Below, piece by piece: positions 17,911 through 27,115 of a DNA stretch of 64,000 nt. The number at the start of each line of letters is the position of its first letter. Positions within the stretch are counted from its first letter, which is position 1. The DNA lies in IMG/VR virus record IMGVR_UViG_3300033171_000001, positions 1 to 64,000 of that record, one strand, 5' to 3'. The stretch is from a virus. Lineage: Duplodnaviria; Caudoviricetes. The notes under the pieces were generated by a model, which was not told the origin of the DNA, did not search any database, and worked only from the letters and a program-made list of their open reading frames with translations. A program made the position numbers and the translations under genes.

Positions 17911-18488
17911 AAACCAAACAAACCACAAACCAAACCAAAGCAGAAAGGGCAGGAGGAAAACAAACCTCTTGCCCTTTTCATATGTACAAAGCAAAGCTAA
18001 ATAGAAACAGCCAAGCAATCAAAAAGAAGTTGAATAGTTGATAACAAAGAAAGAAATTTTGAAAGCCGTATAAAAAGAATATAGGCCGAAATGCTAATAT
18101 ATAGGCTTCAGGGTAATCCGGCTTTTCCGTGTAACCCGACCCCGCGCCGATCCTGGCCGGACTTTCGGGTTGATAACGATTTTCAATTGATAGTGAAAAT
18201 CAACTGTCATTATTTTGACGCTCGATTGTCAATGAACAAGCCGTATGGATTGCATTGTGTCAATATAATGACGCAATGTCCAGGCACAATCCGGGCGCAA
18301 TGTCAACGGGATATATACGGGAAAAACGAAAAAATGTCAAGGTGAAAGGCGATGCACAAATGATAAAGTCTGTCAAGCATTTTTTGCGATTATCTGAAAA
18401 AATATTGCGCTGCCGTGGGTGGAGTCATTACCATATATAAGAGGGGAAAACAGAGCTGGAAAAAATCAAAAAAATATGAAAAAACAGG

Positions 18489-18517
18489 TTGACAAGCTGG
18501 CCGGGAAAAAATATGCT
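18489..18517 (+). promoter_or_regulatory. early promoter
   Basis: TTGACA-N17-TATGCT. Confidence 0.7.
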
Positions 18518-18562
18518 CCAGGCAGATTGATTGATTGAACCTCAAAAAATGGAGATGGAAAA

Positions 18563-18655
18563 ATGAAACGTGAAATGGTAAATCATCTGGTCAATTGCCT
18601 GTTATCGGCATTTTGTGGCGTGATGCTTGGTATCATGTTCGGATATGGGTTTTAA
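18563..18655 (+). CDS. 30 aa membrane peptide (not in ORF track)
   Basis: MKREMVNHLVNCLLSAFCGVMLGIMFGYGF after a GGAG RBS. Confidence 0.5.
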   Translation: MKREMVNHLVNCLLSAFCGVMLGIMFGYGF

Positions 18656-18674
18656 AAAATAAGGGGAAAATATT

Positions 18675-18955
18675 ATGTCAATGTACAAAGCGCGCTTGGT
18701 ATCGATAGATGCATGGAGAAACGAGGTAGGCGGCTGGGATTGGAACAATTTTTTACCTTGGAAGATGATATTTTTTTCGATGCAGCGGCAATTACTCCGC
18801 GAAAAATATTGGTAAAATTGCGCGAATGGGGTTATTTGACCAGTACCAGTAAAGGTAAATTACGAATTGAAGATGCATGGCCCATTATCGAGATACAGGC
18901 AAAAAATACGTATGAACCACTTTTAGCTCTGGTTTTCGATGAAACGGAATATTAA
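18675..18955 (+). CDS. early gene needing a -1 shift at T TTT TTA (93 aa if joined)
   Basis: MSMYKARLVSIDAWRNEVGGWDWNN continues as FFTLEDDIFFD... in the -1 frame at 18749-18755. Confidence 0.55.
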
Positions 18956-18968
18956 GAGGGAAAAAACA

Positions 18969-19124
18969 ATGGAAAATCAGGACTACTACACGCAAGAGAC
19001 AATGGACGAAAAAACGCCTTGCCACCTGGAGTTGCTGGATGATGATTTTTTTGAGCAAGAGCAAGCGGAGAATATGGACTACCTGCAAAAAATCCGATTG
19101 ACAGTAAACGGGATTGCCTGTTAG
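18969..19124 (+). CDS. small acidic hypothetical protein
   Basis: RBS GAGGG, ATG 18969. Confidence 0.55.
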   Translation: MENQDYYTQETMDEKTPCHLELLDDDFFEQEQAENMDYLQKIRLTVNGIAC

Positions 19125-19170
19125 TCAAGAGTATTGGATACAAACAAAAAAAAACAGGAAAGGGGAAACA

Positions 19171-19422
19171 ATGTCGTATAGCAAAGCTGATTATATGAAG
19201 GAAAAAGGTTTTAATGAAGGGTTATTAGATAATCTTTTCGAATCAGAATTTACCACGGTTGAGGAGCGGGCTAGATTTGCCGCAAGCAAAATGGGATATA
19301 AAACCCATATTAAAAGTTTTGTGATAGGATATGTCGCGGGAAAAAATGCTTTTGATGCAGCCGGACATGCGCAAGTTGAAAATCCTTTTAGAGTGACCGC
19401 AAAATTGTATCAAGAGTTATAA
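19171..19422 (+). CDS. hypothetical protein
   Basis: RBS AGGGG, ATG 19171. Confidence 0.6.
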   Translation: MSYSKADYMKEKGFNEGLLDNLFESEFTTVEERARFAASKMGYKTHIKSFVIGYVAGKNAFDAAGHAQVENPFRVTAKLYQEL

Positions 19423-19447
19423 CACTAAAAACAAAAAGGGAAATACA

Positions 19448-20053
19448 ATGCGTACTATCACGACAGAAACGACAATTTACATGTTTGATGAACTGCCGGA
19501 CGAATCCAAGGATCTTGCAATTGAGAATTATCGAGATATAAACGTCGATCACGATTGGTACGACTTCTCCCTTGATTATCACAAGGAAAGGCTCGAAAAA
19601 ATAGGGTTTACCAATGCGGAGATTCACTTTTCGGGCTTTTGGTCACAAGGCGATGGCGCATGTTTCGACGCTCATATTGATATAATAACTATTCTTAATA
19701 ACTGGCTTTTCACGGCCGATAATTATAGAGATGCAAGAAAATACCAAAGGTGGTTGATACTTGCGGAACATGGCTTGCTTGACAATGCTTTCAATATCGC
19801 AAAAAATAGTTATGGTTATCACTATTCACACGAAAGGACGCGATATATTGATATATATTTTGTGCCGGATTGCTTGTCGGATAGTGAAGCGCAGGAAGTA
19901 GCGGAAAGGCTTGAATCCATGCGGCTGGACCTTTCGCAGGAGATATATAAAAGCTTGGAAAGTGAATACGACTATCTCACAAGCGATGAAATAATTGCCG
20001 AAAGTTTGATTATCAATGAATATGAGTTTACAGAGGACGGAAAGATTTACTAG
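19448..20053 (+). CDS. acidic conserved-looking phage early protein
   Basis: FSGFWSQGDGACF and EYDYLTSDE..EYEFTEDG motifs. Confidence 0.75.
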   Translation: MRTITTETTIYMFDELPDESKDLAIENYRDINVDHDWYDFSLDYHKERLEKIGFTNAEIHFSGFWSQGDGACFDAHIDIITILNNWLFTADNYRDARKYQRWLILAEHGLLDNAFNIAKNSYGYHYSHERTRYIDIYFVPDCLSDSEAQEVAERLESMRLDLSQEIYKSLESEYDYLTSDEIIAESLIINEYEFTEDGKIY

Positions 20054-20059
20054 GCAAGC

Positions 20060-20094
20060 AAAAAAGCCCGGACCTGAACACTCCGGGTTTTTTT
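20060..20094. terminator. bidirectional intrinsic terminator
   Basis: AAAAAAGCCCGGA-loop-TCCGGGTTTTTTT between convergent genes. Confidence 0.8.
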
Positions 20095-20595
20095 GCGTCC
20101 ATCGATCAACCATAACAAAGGTAAAAACGCCCACAATTGCCGTACAAGCCGTTTAAATCACTTTCCCCTTACCGCCATACCAGAAAACACGGAAAACGCC
20201 TCACAAGCGAACCTAAGAAGAAATACGGGCATATCAGGTAAAAGGGAAGGGAAAACAAGGGAAGGTAAAACAAAAAAATGGAACAAAAAAGGCAAGAGCA
20301 TAAAAGCCCTTGCCTATGAAGTGAATTGATAAAAAGAATCAATAAGGCATTATCCAGCGAAAGGAAGCGGAAAAAACAGGAAAAGCAAAAGAATCAGAAG
20401 GGGAACAAGCAAAGGAAAACAAAAGTATATCAGTATGGTGTATCATTTTTTAAACTCCCTATAGTAAAGGGTTAATTAGAACAGAGGATTAAAGCCCCTG
20501 TGAATGAATATGGCGCAATCAAGAGGCATACGCCATACAAACGCCCGTATAGCAAATTCCCGGTGTAGTATAGTCATGGTTCCTATATCCTTACT

Positions 20596-20754
20596 TTACT
20601 TCAAAACGGTTGTCCAGCCATGTATACTATCGCCCTGAACAGTAACAATGGTTGAACGTACCACCTTAGGGCGATACTTGAAACAATAGCGGATTGCATC
20701 CAGTTTAGCATAGCGTAAGGCTTCCTGGCGCGTCATAAAAAAGTTCGTGCGCAT
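20596..20754 (-). CDS. small hypothetical protein
   Basis: 52 aa, downstream of a minus-strand TTGACG promoter at 20952-20957. Confidence 0.45.
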   Translation of the reverse strand: MRTNFFMTRQEALRYAKLDAIRYCFKYRPKVVRSTIVTVQGDSIHGWTTVLK

Positions 20755-21618
20755 CTTCTTAACTCCATGTAAGAGGTATCGGATTGATAAACGGCATAAA
20801 ACCGGAAACAATATATTCCTGATTTTCCAATTCGAACCGCCAGCTTAAGGCCGCAATTGCAAAGGTAAAGTGTAGTCTGGACATAATTACAACTCCTTAC
20901 GGTTAATTGTTATGATCAAGTAAGAGCGTTCTAGCATTACTATATATACGCCGTCAAGCAATATTTTCATATTTCTGCAAGGTAACTGCAATTATATGAA
21001 AAGTGTAACAATATAGGGTGGTTAGGGGTGAGCAGGTTAAAAATATATTCCAGTAAGTGACAAGGGGAAGGGCGAAATATGGTAGTAAAAACAAGGGTTT
21101 ATGGTATTGATTGGACCAATTCATACGAAAAAATCCCGTTTAGGTTTAGTCAATTGACCAATGCCGGACTTTAAAAATAGTCAATTGACTAAATTTAGTT
21201 GCATATGCAACAAATTTTCAGAATACGATCTGTTTCTCCTGACCAGGACAAACACAAAAACCCGCAAAATGAGTAATCACGCCAAGTCGGCCATTATCAG
21301 CCGCGCCCTGGCCGGGAAACAGGGCCGGTTTACGCCATTCTCAACGCCATTATCATTGAAAATGAGAACTATTATCAACGGCCCCCCCTGATTTCGATTA
21401 TCAATATCACCCCCTCTCGCCAGCTAGTAGGGACATGTCCACACACCGTTCCAATTTTTTTCAAATATTAGGAATCCCTTTGAAGTCTTTCTTTCAATTC
21501 ATTTCCTATATGTTGAAGTTATTTGGCTTTGGTTTTTTTATTATTATTATTAGGCTCTCTGGTTCCCTGCCTACTACTCTTTGTTATAACCCCAAACACC
21601 CACTTCAACACCACCCCT

Positions 21619-21676
21619 GATATGCCCGAATTTCTCCATATAAGCCTTTCTGGGGCATTTTAAACCGAAATAGGTA
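21619..21676 (+). repeat. dispersed ~58-bp repeat, copy 2
   Basis: First 19 bp identical to 2829-2847 (rc); a third, partial copy at about 20170-20238 (rc). Confidence 0.75.
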
Positions 21677-22161
21677 GCAGCATCCCATAGAAGGGGTAAA
21701 ATGGATTCTAGGGTCTTTATTTACTAGTATATACGGCAACCCACACTTTAACCCTTGCTACCACTGGCTTTGTTTATGTTTGTTTGTTCATTCCGAATTA
21801 TCTATATACAAATTCCAAATTCTAGAAAGCTGAAAATATCAAACCTCCCAAAACTCCCTATAGTAAAAATGAATTTTTTATTTTCTATTTTCGTTCAGAT
21901 TTCCTTGTGGCTCTAGGGCTAATTCAGATTTTGATTTAGAATTTGAAAAAAGATTTTATCATTTTGGTTTGAATTTTTTTGAAAGAAAAAATATTGAAAA
22001 GTTAGGAATCCGTTGTGGCAGTAGGGCTAATTCAGATTTTTATCTAATTTCCATTTTTGCCTTTTTCAATTCGCCCATAGTGAAAGTGAATTTCTTGAAA
22101 TGCGGAAAGTGTTGGGGCTGTAGGGCGTATTGGAAATTTGTTGTTTGGGAGTGAAAACCCC

Positions 22162-22190
22162 TTGACAAAGGAGCATTTAAGTGTTATGCT
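22162..22190 (+). promoter_or_regulatory. promoter of the methyltransferase cluster
   Basis: TTGACA-N17-TATGCT. Confidence 0.7.
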
Positions 22191-22236
22191 TCTTGTCTGA
22201 TGGGGATATTTGAATTAACTTGAATAGGAGATAGGA

Positions 22237-22794
22237 ATGAAGATTCTTGTTGCATGTGAAGAAAGTCAGGCAGTAACCAAAGAATTTAGAAAGCGCGGGC
22301 ATGAGGTGTATTCTTGTGATATTGAACCATGTAGTGGCGGTCATCCTGAATGGCATATCCATGGAGATGTTATTCCTTTGCTTGGAAATAATTGGGATAT
22401 GATAATTGCGTTTCCTCCTTGCACACATTTAGCTGTTAGCGGAGCCAGGTGGGTTCCTGAAAAAAGAGCAGATGGAAGGCAACAGGGGGCCATCGAGTTT
22501 TTCATGCAAATAGCGAACTGTGCGTGTGAGAAGATTGCCATCGAAAATCCAATAGGAATAATGTCAACGGAATGGCGCAAACCGGATCAGATTATTCAGC
22601 CTTGGCAATTTGGACATGGGGAGACAAAAGCAACGTGTCTGTGGCTGAAAGGCTTACCTAAACTTGTGCCGACAGATATTGTTTCTGGAAGAGAAGCGCG
22701 AATACACAAAATGCCCCCTTCTGCGGATAGGGCAAAGTTGAGGTCAAAAACATTTCCAGGAATTGCTGCGGCTATGGCAGAACAATGGGGCTAA
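22237..22794 (+). CDS. short phage-type DNA cytosine methyltransferase
   Basis: KILVACEESQ, AFPPCTHL (PC), IAIENP, RSKTFPGIA. Confidence 0.75.
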   Translation: MKILVACEESQAVTKEFRKRGHEVYSCDIEPCSGGHPEWHIHGDVIPLLGNNWDMIIAFPPCTHLAVSGARWVPEKRADGRQQGAIEFFMQIANCACEKIAIENPIGIMSTEWRKPDQIIQPWQFGHGETKATCLWLKGLPKLVPTDIVSGREARIHKMPPSADRAKLRSKTFPGIAAAMAEQWG

Positions 22795-22980
22795 AACAGA
22801 AAGGAGAATTTGAAATGTTAAATAGAATCAAGAAATTTGTTGTGGAGAAGGGAATTGACATGACGATTGTTTCTTTCATTTTGTTTTTGTTTTTGATTGC
22901 TGTTATTGACCTGATGTGAGGGGGGCTATAATTCAAAATGAAAACCAAGTATAGCATAAATATAGCAAAGGTAGATTGAG

Positions 22981-23718
22981 ATGAACCTATTCGTGGCAAG
23001 TGATTGGCATTGTGAATTTGGAATGGACATTGAAACGCTGATTCCAAAAGATGATAATGCCTATGATGTTTTTGTGATGGCAGGAGACTTCACCACCTTT
23101 GCACACATGGAAGCCGACGTTTCAGAATTGTGCAGTCTGGTGAGCAAACCCATATTATATGTTCCCGGAAACCATGAGTTCTACGGAAGCTCGATTGAAA
23201 AGACAGAGAAACTTCTTGAATCTCTTGAATCAAAATATAAACACCTTCATGTGCTAAACAGAAAAACCATTCGCATTGATGAAATTGATTTTGCCGGATG
23301 CGTTGGTTGGATGGACATGAGCTTTGGTGGCTGGTTTCATCAGGTGCAGATCAGCGACTTCAAGCAAATTGAAAATTGGACCATTGAGAACTGCATTGCA
23401 CACGGACTTGTGGACAGGCAGTTTCTCATGGGACTCAATGAACACAAAACAAACGTCATCATCACACATAATGGATGCACGGAAAAATCAATGGCAAGAA
23501 AATATGCGTCCTCTCCTTTGAACTCCTATTTCATCAATGATTATAGAAATATCATTGAGAGATGTAAACCAAAGACATGGATTCATGGACATACACATAC
23601 GGCATTTGAATATCAGGTTGGCCGGAACACGCACGTTCATTGCAACCCCCTTGGATATGTGACCATGGGAGAAGAAAGTGGATATGACAAAAACAAAATA
23701 GTGGGAGTGTATAAATAG
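22981..23718 (+). CDS. calcineurin-like metallophosphoesterase
   Basis: SDWH, AGD, PGNHE, ITH, IHGHTH. Confidence 0.9.
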   Translation: MNLFVASDWHCEFGMDIETLIPKDDNAYDVFVMAGDFTTFAHMEADVSELCSLVSKPILYVPGNHEFYGSSIEKTEKLLESLESKYKHLHVLNRKTIRIDEIDFAGCVGWMDMSFGGWFHQVQISDFKQIENWTIENCIAHGLVDRQFLMGLNEHKTNVIITHNGCTEKSMARKYASSPLNSYFINDYRNIIERCKPKTWIHGHTHTAFEYQVGRNTHVHCNPLGYVTMGEESGYDKNKIVGVYK

Positions 23719-24671
23719 TGATGACTTTTCCAAAAGAAGGGATTAATGTTCTAAGTTTGTTTGATGGAATCAGTTGTGGTCAGGTGGCACTGGAACGAGC
23801 CGGAATCAAGGTGAATAAATACTTTGCCAGTGAAGTAGATAAACACGCCATAAAGGTTACGTATAAAAATTATCCTGACACGATTCAATTAGGAGATGTT
23901 AGAGAAATACAAGGAAAAGATTTGCCAAAGATTGATTTATTGATAGGCGGTTCTCCCTGTCAAGGATTCTCTTTTGCTGGAAAGCAGTTGAATTTTGACG
24001 ATCCCCGAAGTCAGTTGTTTTTTGAATATGTCCGATTGAAAGAAGAATGTTGCCCTCGATGGTTCCTTCTTGAAAATGTTAACATGAAAAAGGAATGGTT
24101 GAAGGTAATAGATGAAAAATTAGGCGTTGTTGGAATTAAAATAAATAGTGCATTGGTATCTGCTCAAAATCGAGTTCGCTGGTATTGGTCAAATATTGAT
24201 TTTGATATACCAGAAGACAAAGGAATACTCTTGAAAGATATAATCGGAAAATATGATGGCGTATATGTTGTACCAAGAGGAACTAATAAAGGAGGCATTA
24301 AGGAATATAAAGGCAAATCCCCTTGTATAACCACTTCTGCTTGGCAACATAATTTTTTTATAGTAAATACTGATGACGAATATGTGGATAGGGATAAATC
24401 GCACTGTATAGACGCTTCATATTTTAAAGGTGGTAATCTTAATCAATATTTCAATAAGTCGCGTAGACAATTGGTCTTTGATAAATATGGATGTTCTTTT
24501 AGAAAATTTTATGTTAAAGAGTGTGAAGCTCTGCAAACCTTACCTATTGGATACACAGAAGGTATTTCAGATTCACAGGCGTACAAGGCAATAGGAAACG
24601 GATGGACGGTAGATGTTGTTGCTCATATTTTTTCAAAACTAAAGGAAAAGTTAAATGCTAAAATGGATTGA
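23718..24671 (+). CDS. DNA (cytosine-5)-methyltransferase
   Basis: LSLFDGI, GGSPCQ, LLENV, QNRVR, IGNGW. Confidence 0.92.
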   Translation: MMTFPKEGINVLSLFDGISCGQVALERAGIKVNKYFASEVDKHAIKVTYKNYPDTIQLGDVREIQGKDLPKIDLLIGGSPCQGFSFAGKQLNFDDPRSQLFFEYVRLKEECCPRWFLLENVNMKKEWLKVIDEKLGVVGIKINSALVSAQNRVRWYWSNIDFDIPEDKGILLKDIIGKYDGVYVVPRGTNKGGIKEYKGKSPCITTSAWQHNFFIVNTDDEYVDRDKSHCIDASYFKGGNLNQYFNKSRRQLVFDKYGCSFRKFYVKECEALQTLPIGYTEGISDSQAYKAIGNGWTVDVVAHIFSKLKEKLNAKMD

Positions 24672-24876
24672 TGTAGAAGAAGAAAAACCCATTCATTCAG
24701 GTGAGTTGATTCTAGGCAAGGGTAGCATATCCAACTCCCTTGTGATGTGCTATTATAGAGAAACGGTGGATGTGTTTGTGAACGCCTTTGATAAAACACA
24801 AATGCTGTCTGTTAAAAAATATGTCTATATGAAAGATGTGTTTGATGAACTAAATGGGAATGAGAAGGGAGAATAA
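24655..24876 (+). CDS. hypothetical protein (DUF551-like start)
   Basis: KWIDVEEEKP pattern. Confidence 0.55.
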   Translation: MLKWIDVEEEKPIHSGELILGKGSISNSLVMCYYRETVDVFVNAFDKTQMLSVKKYVYMKDVFDELNGNEKGE

Positions 24877-25230
24877 GCATGAAAATCTATTTACTGAATG
24901 GAGAAACTGGAACATATTCAGATAGAATGGAATGGAATTGTTGTGCATATAATAATAAAGAGGAAGCAGAAAAAATTCAAAAAGAGTTGACTGCCTTTGA
25001 AGATTGGCGGTGGCAGCGTAATCCTAATTGGAAACCATATACGGATGCGCCAAAATATCCAAATCGTGAAATAGATAAAATTCCTAAAGGAAAGCAGCAT
25101 TTATCAAAGTATTATTTCGACGGTAAATTTTATACACGCGACAAATGTTATTTTGATGTTGTGGAAATAGAATTATATTAGTATTAAATATGTGTTTGAT
25201 GAACTAAATGGGAATGAGAAGGAAGAATAA
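24836..25230. repeat. 41-bp direct repeats (24836-24876 and 25190-25230) flanking one ORF
   Basis: ATGTGTTTGATGAACTAAATGGGAATGAGAAGG(G/A)AGAATAA, 1 mismatch. Confidence 0.9.
24879..25181 (+). CDS. hypothetical protein between direct repeats
   Basis: 100 aa ORF. Confidence 0.65.
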   Translation: MKIYLLNGETGTYSDRMEWNCCAYNNKEEAEKIQKELTAFEDWRWQRNPNWKPYTDAPKYPNREIDKIPKGKQHLSKYYFDGKFYTRDKCYFDVVEIELY

Positions 25231-25232
25231 AT

Positions 25233-25955
25233 ATGTGGATGCGATTGGAACACGGTGATTGCTTGGAGAAGATGAAGGATATTGAAAGCGGCAGTATAGA
25301 TATGGTTCTCGCTGATCCTCCCTATGGAACAACTGCATGTAAATGGGATACCTGTATTCCTTTTGGGCCGATGTGGAAAGAATTAAAACGGATAACAAGG
25401 AGAAATACCGCCATTGCTTTATTTGGAACAGAACCTTTTAGCAGTTTATTAAGAGTCTCAAATATAACTGAATATAAATATGATTGGATATGGGAGAAGT
25501 CTAAAGCCACTAATTTTTTAAATTCTAAAAAACAACCACTTAGAGCCAAGGAAAATATTTCTATTTTTTATATAAAACAACCCACATATAATCCACAAAA
25601 AACGGCAGGAAATTCCTACAATAAAGGTGTGCGAAAGCAACAAACAGAAAATGATGTATATGGTAAATACGCACAAGTAGAAGTTAAGTCCACAGGAGAG
25701 CGTTTACCTAGGGATGTTTTATATTATAAAACAGCGGAATCTGAAGGGAAGATTTTTCATAAGACACAAAAACCTGTATCCCTTATGGAGTATATGATTA
25801 AGACCTATACAAATGAGGGGGATACTGTTTTGGATTTCACTATGGGAAGCGGGACAACAGGAGTAGCCTGTAAAAATCTTAATAGAAACTTTATTGGAAT
25901 TGAATTAGACAAGGATTATTTTGAAATTGCTAAAAAGAGGATTCAAGAAGCATGA
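25233..25955 (+). CDS. DNA amino-methyltransferase (N6-A/N4-C, beta class)
   Basis: DPPY; HKTQKP; VLDFTMGSGTT. Confidence 0.92.
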   Translation: MWMRLEHGDCLEKMKDIESGSIDMVLADPPYGTTACKWDTCIPFGPMWKELKRITRRNTAIALFGTEPFSSLLRVSNITEYKYDWIWEKSKATNFLNSKKQPLRAKENISIFYIKQPTYNPQKTAGNSYNKGVRKQQTENDVYGKYAQVEVKSTGERLPRDVLYYKTAESEGKIFHKTQKPVSLMEYMIKTYTNEGDTVLDFTMGSGTTGVACKNLNRNFIGIELDKDYFEIAKKRIQEA

Positions 25956-26236
25956 AGAAAGATATAAAACAAATAGCCAAAAACTTCTCTGTAACCCTGC
26001 CGGATGATTTTGTTGAATCCCAAAATAGTATATTGGATAGCAAAAGAGAACTCCCCTTGCGGGATGTTCTTAAAAAGATTGCAGACACCATTCCTATTTG
26101 GGAATGTATTGAATTGAAAACAATATATATGGAGGGTGGATTAAGAAAAATCAAAACCAACACCCGCCTGATTGCCAAAGAACACCATAACAAAGAAACA
26201 GATTCCTACCATTGGGAACTTCTTGTTTCTGACTAA
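25952..26236 (+). CDS. hypothetical protein
   Basis: 94 aa, coupled to the upstream stop. Confidence 0.55.
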   Translation: MKKDIKQIAKNFSVTLPDDFVESQNSILDSKRELPLRDVLKKIADTIPIWECIELKTIYMEGGLRKIKTNTRLIAKEHHNKETDSYHWELLVSD

Positions 26237-26242
26237 ATCACA

Positions 26243-27115
26243 ATGAAAGCAGAAAAGTTAATAGAAAAATACTTCTACCAACAAGAAGAGGATGATACTA
26301 ATGAAAATCAACCTCAAATATGTTCTGTGAAATGGTGTACCAAAGAGGCGTACCAGAATGATTTATGTGAGTCCCATTATAACTACGCTAGAAATGGATT
26401 ATATTTCAACACAGAACTTCAAGAGAAGAAGTATTTAAAAAAAGCAAAGTCAGGAAACAAAGGGAAAAAGAACTTCTGCTGCGTCAAGCATTGTTACAAA
26501 AGAACAACCAATCCAAATAACCCATATTGCAGACAACACACAAGACAGTTAAAGAAGTATGGTTATATTCTTCATCTAGGAGGCAGAAAGCCCTTTGTCA
26601 CCAAACACACATTCTTTGTTAAATTACATTTTTATTCATTTCAAACAGCAAGTTGGAACTACATAGCCGTTGACAAGAAGGATATTTATAGAGTATCATG
26701 TCTTAAATTGTTATTTGTAGAAAGCACTAAGAGTTGTATTGTTGTAAATAATGATGGAACATATACCAATCTTAAACAATACATATATGGTGACGGAAAG
26801 AGTCTACCAATTATTCAGGCAAACGGAGATTGGCATGACTTCACAAGAAAGAATCTTATTCAGGTAAGCACAACTGAATATAAATTGTTTAATAAGAAAA
26901 TAGGAAAATCCGGTATAAAGTGTATATTCCGAAATCCCTACACACAAAGATGGTATTTCTATTTACGATTAAAAGAGTCAGATATAAGAATATTTGAGAA
27001 GTTCAGAACAAAAAGAGAAGCAAAGAGATTCAGGGATAGAATTTTCATAACCCTATTCGGAAATAAATTTTTAAATCTAATAAGAAAGCAGGAACGAGAA
27101 TATGGAAGAAATTGA
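26243..27115 (+). CDS. degenerate HNH/AP2-type homing-endonuclease-like protein
   Basis: Two C-x-x-x-x-C...C..H modules; ANGDWHDFTRKNL; KSGIKCI..RWY..F.TKREA AP2-like end. Confidence 0.55.
   Translation: MKAEKLIEKYFYQQEEDDTNENQPQICSVKWCTKEAYQNDLCESHYNYARNGLYFNTELQEKKYLKKAKSGNKGKKNFCCVKHCYKRTTNPNNPYCRQHTRQLKKYGYILHLGGRKPFVTKHTFFVKLHFYSFQTASWNYIAVDKKDIYRVSCLKLLFVESTKSCIVVNNDGTYTNLKQYIYGDGKSLPIIQANGDWHDFTRKNLIQVSTTEYKLFNKKIGKSGIKCIFRNPYTQRWYFYLRLKESDIRIFEKFRTKREAKRFRDRIFITLFGNKFLNLIRKQEREYGRN

Noticed and set aside
20452-20468. T7-like phage RNAP promoter (ACTCCCTATAG)
   Set aside because: Partial resemblance only; no phage RNAP in the window and no gene downstream
21907-22135. Mini CRISPR array
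   Set aside because: Only 2-3 degenerate copies with ~80-nt low-complexity spacers
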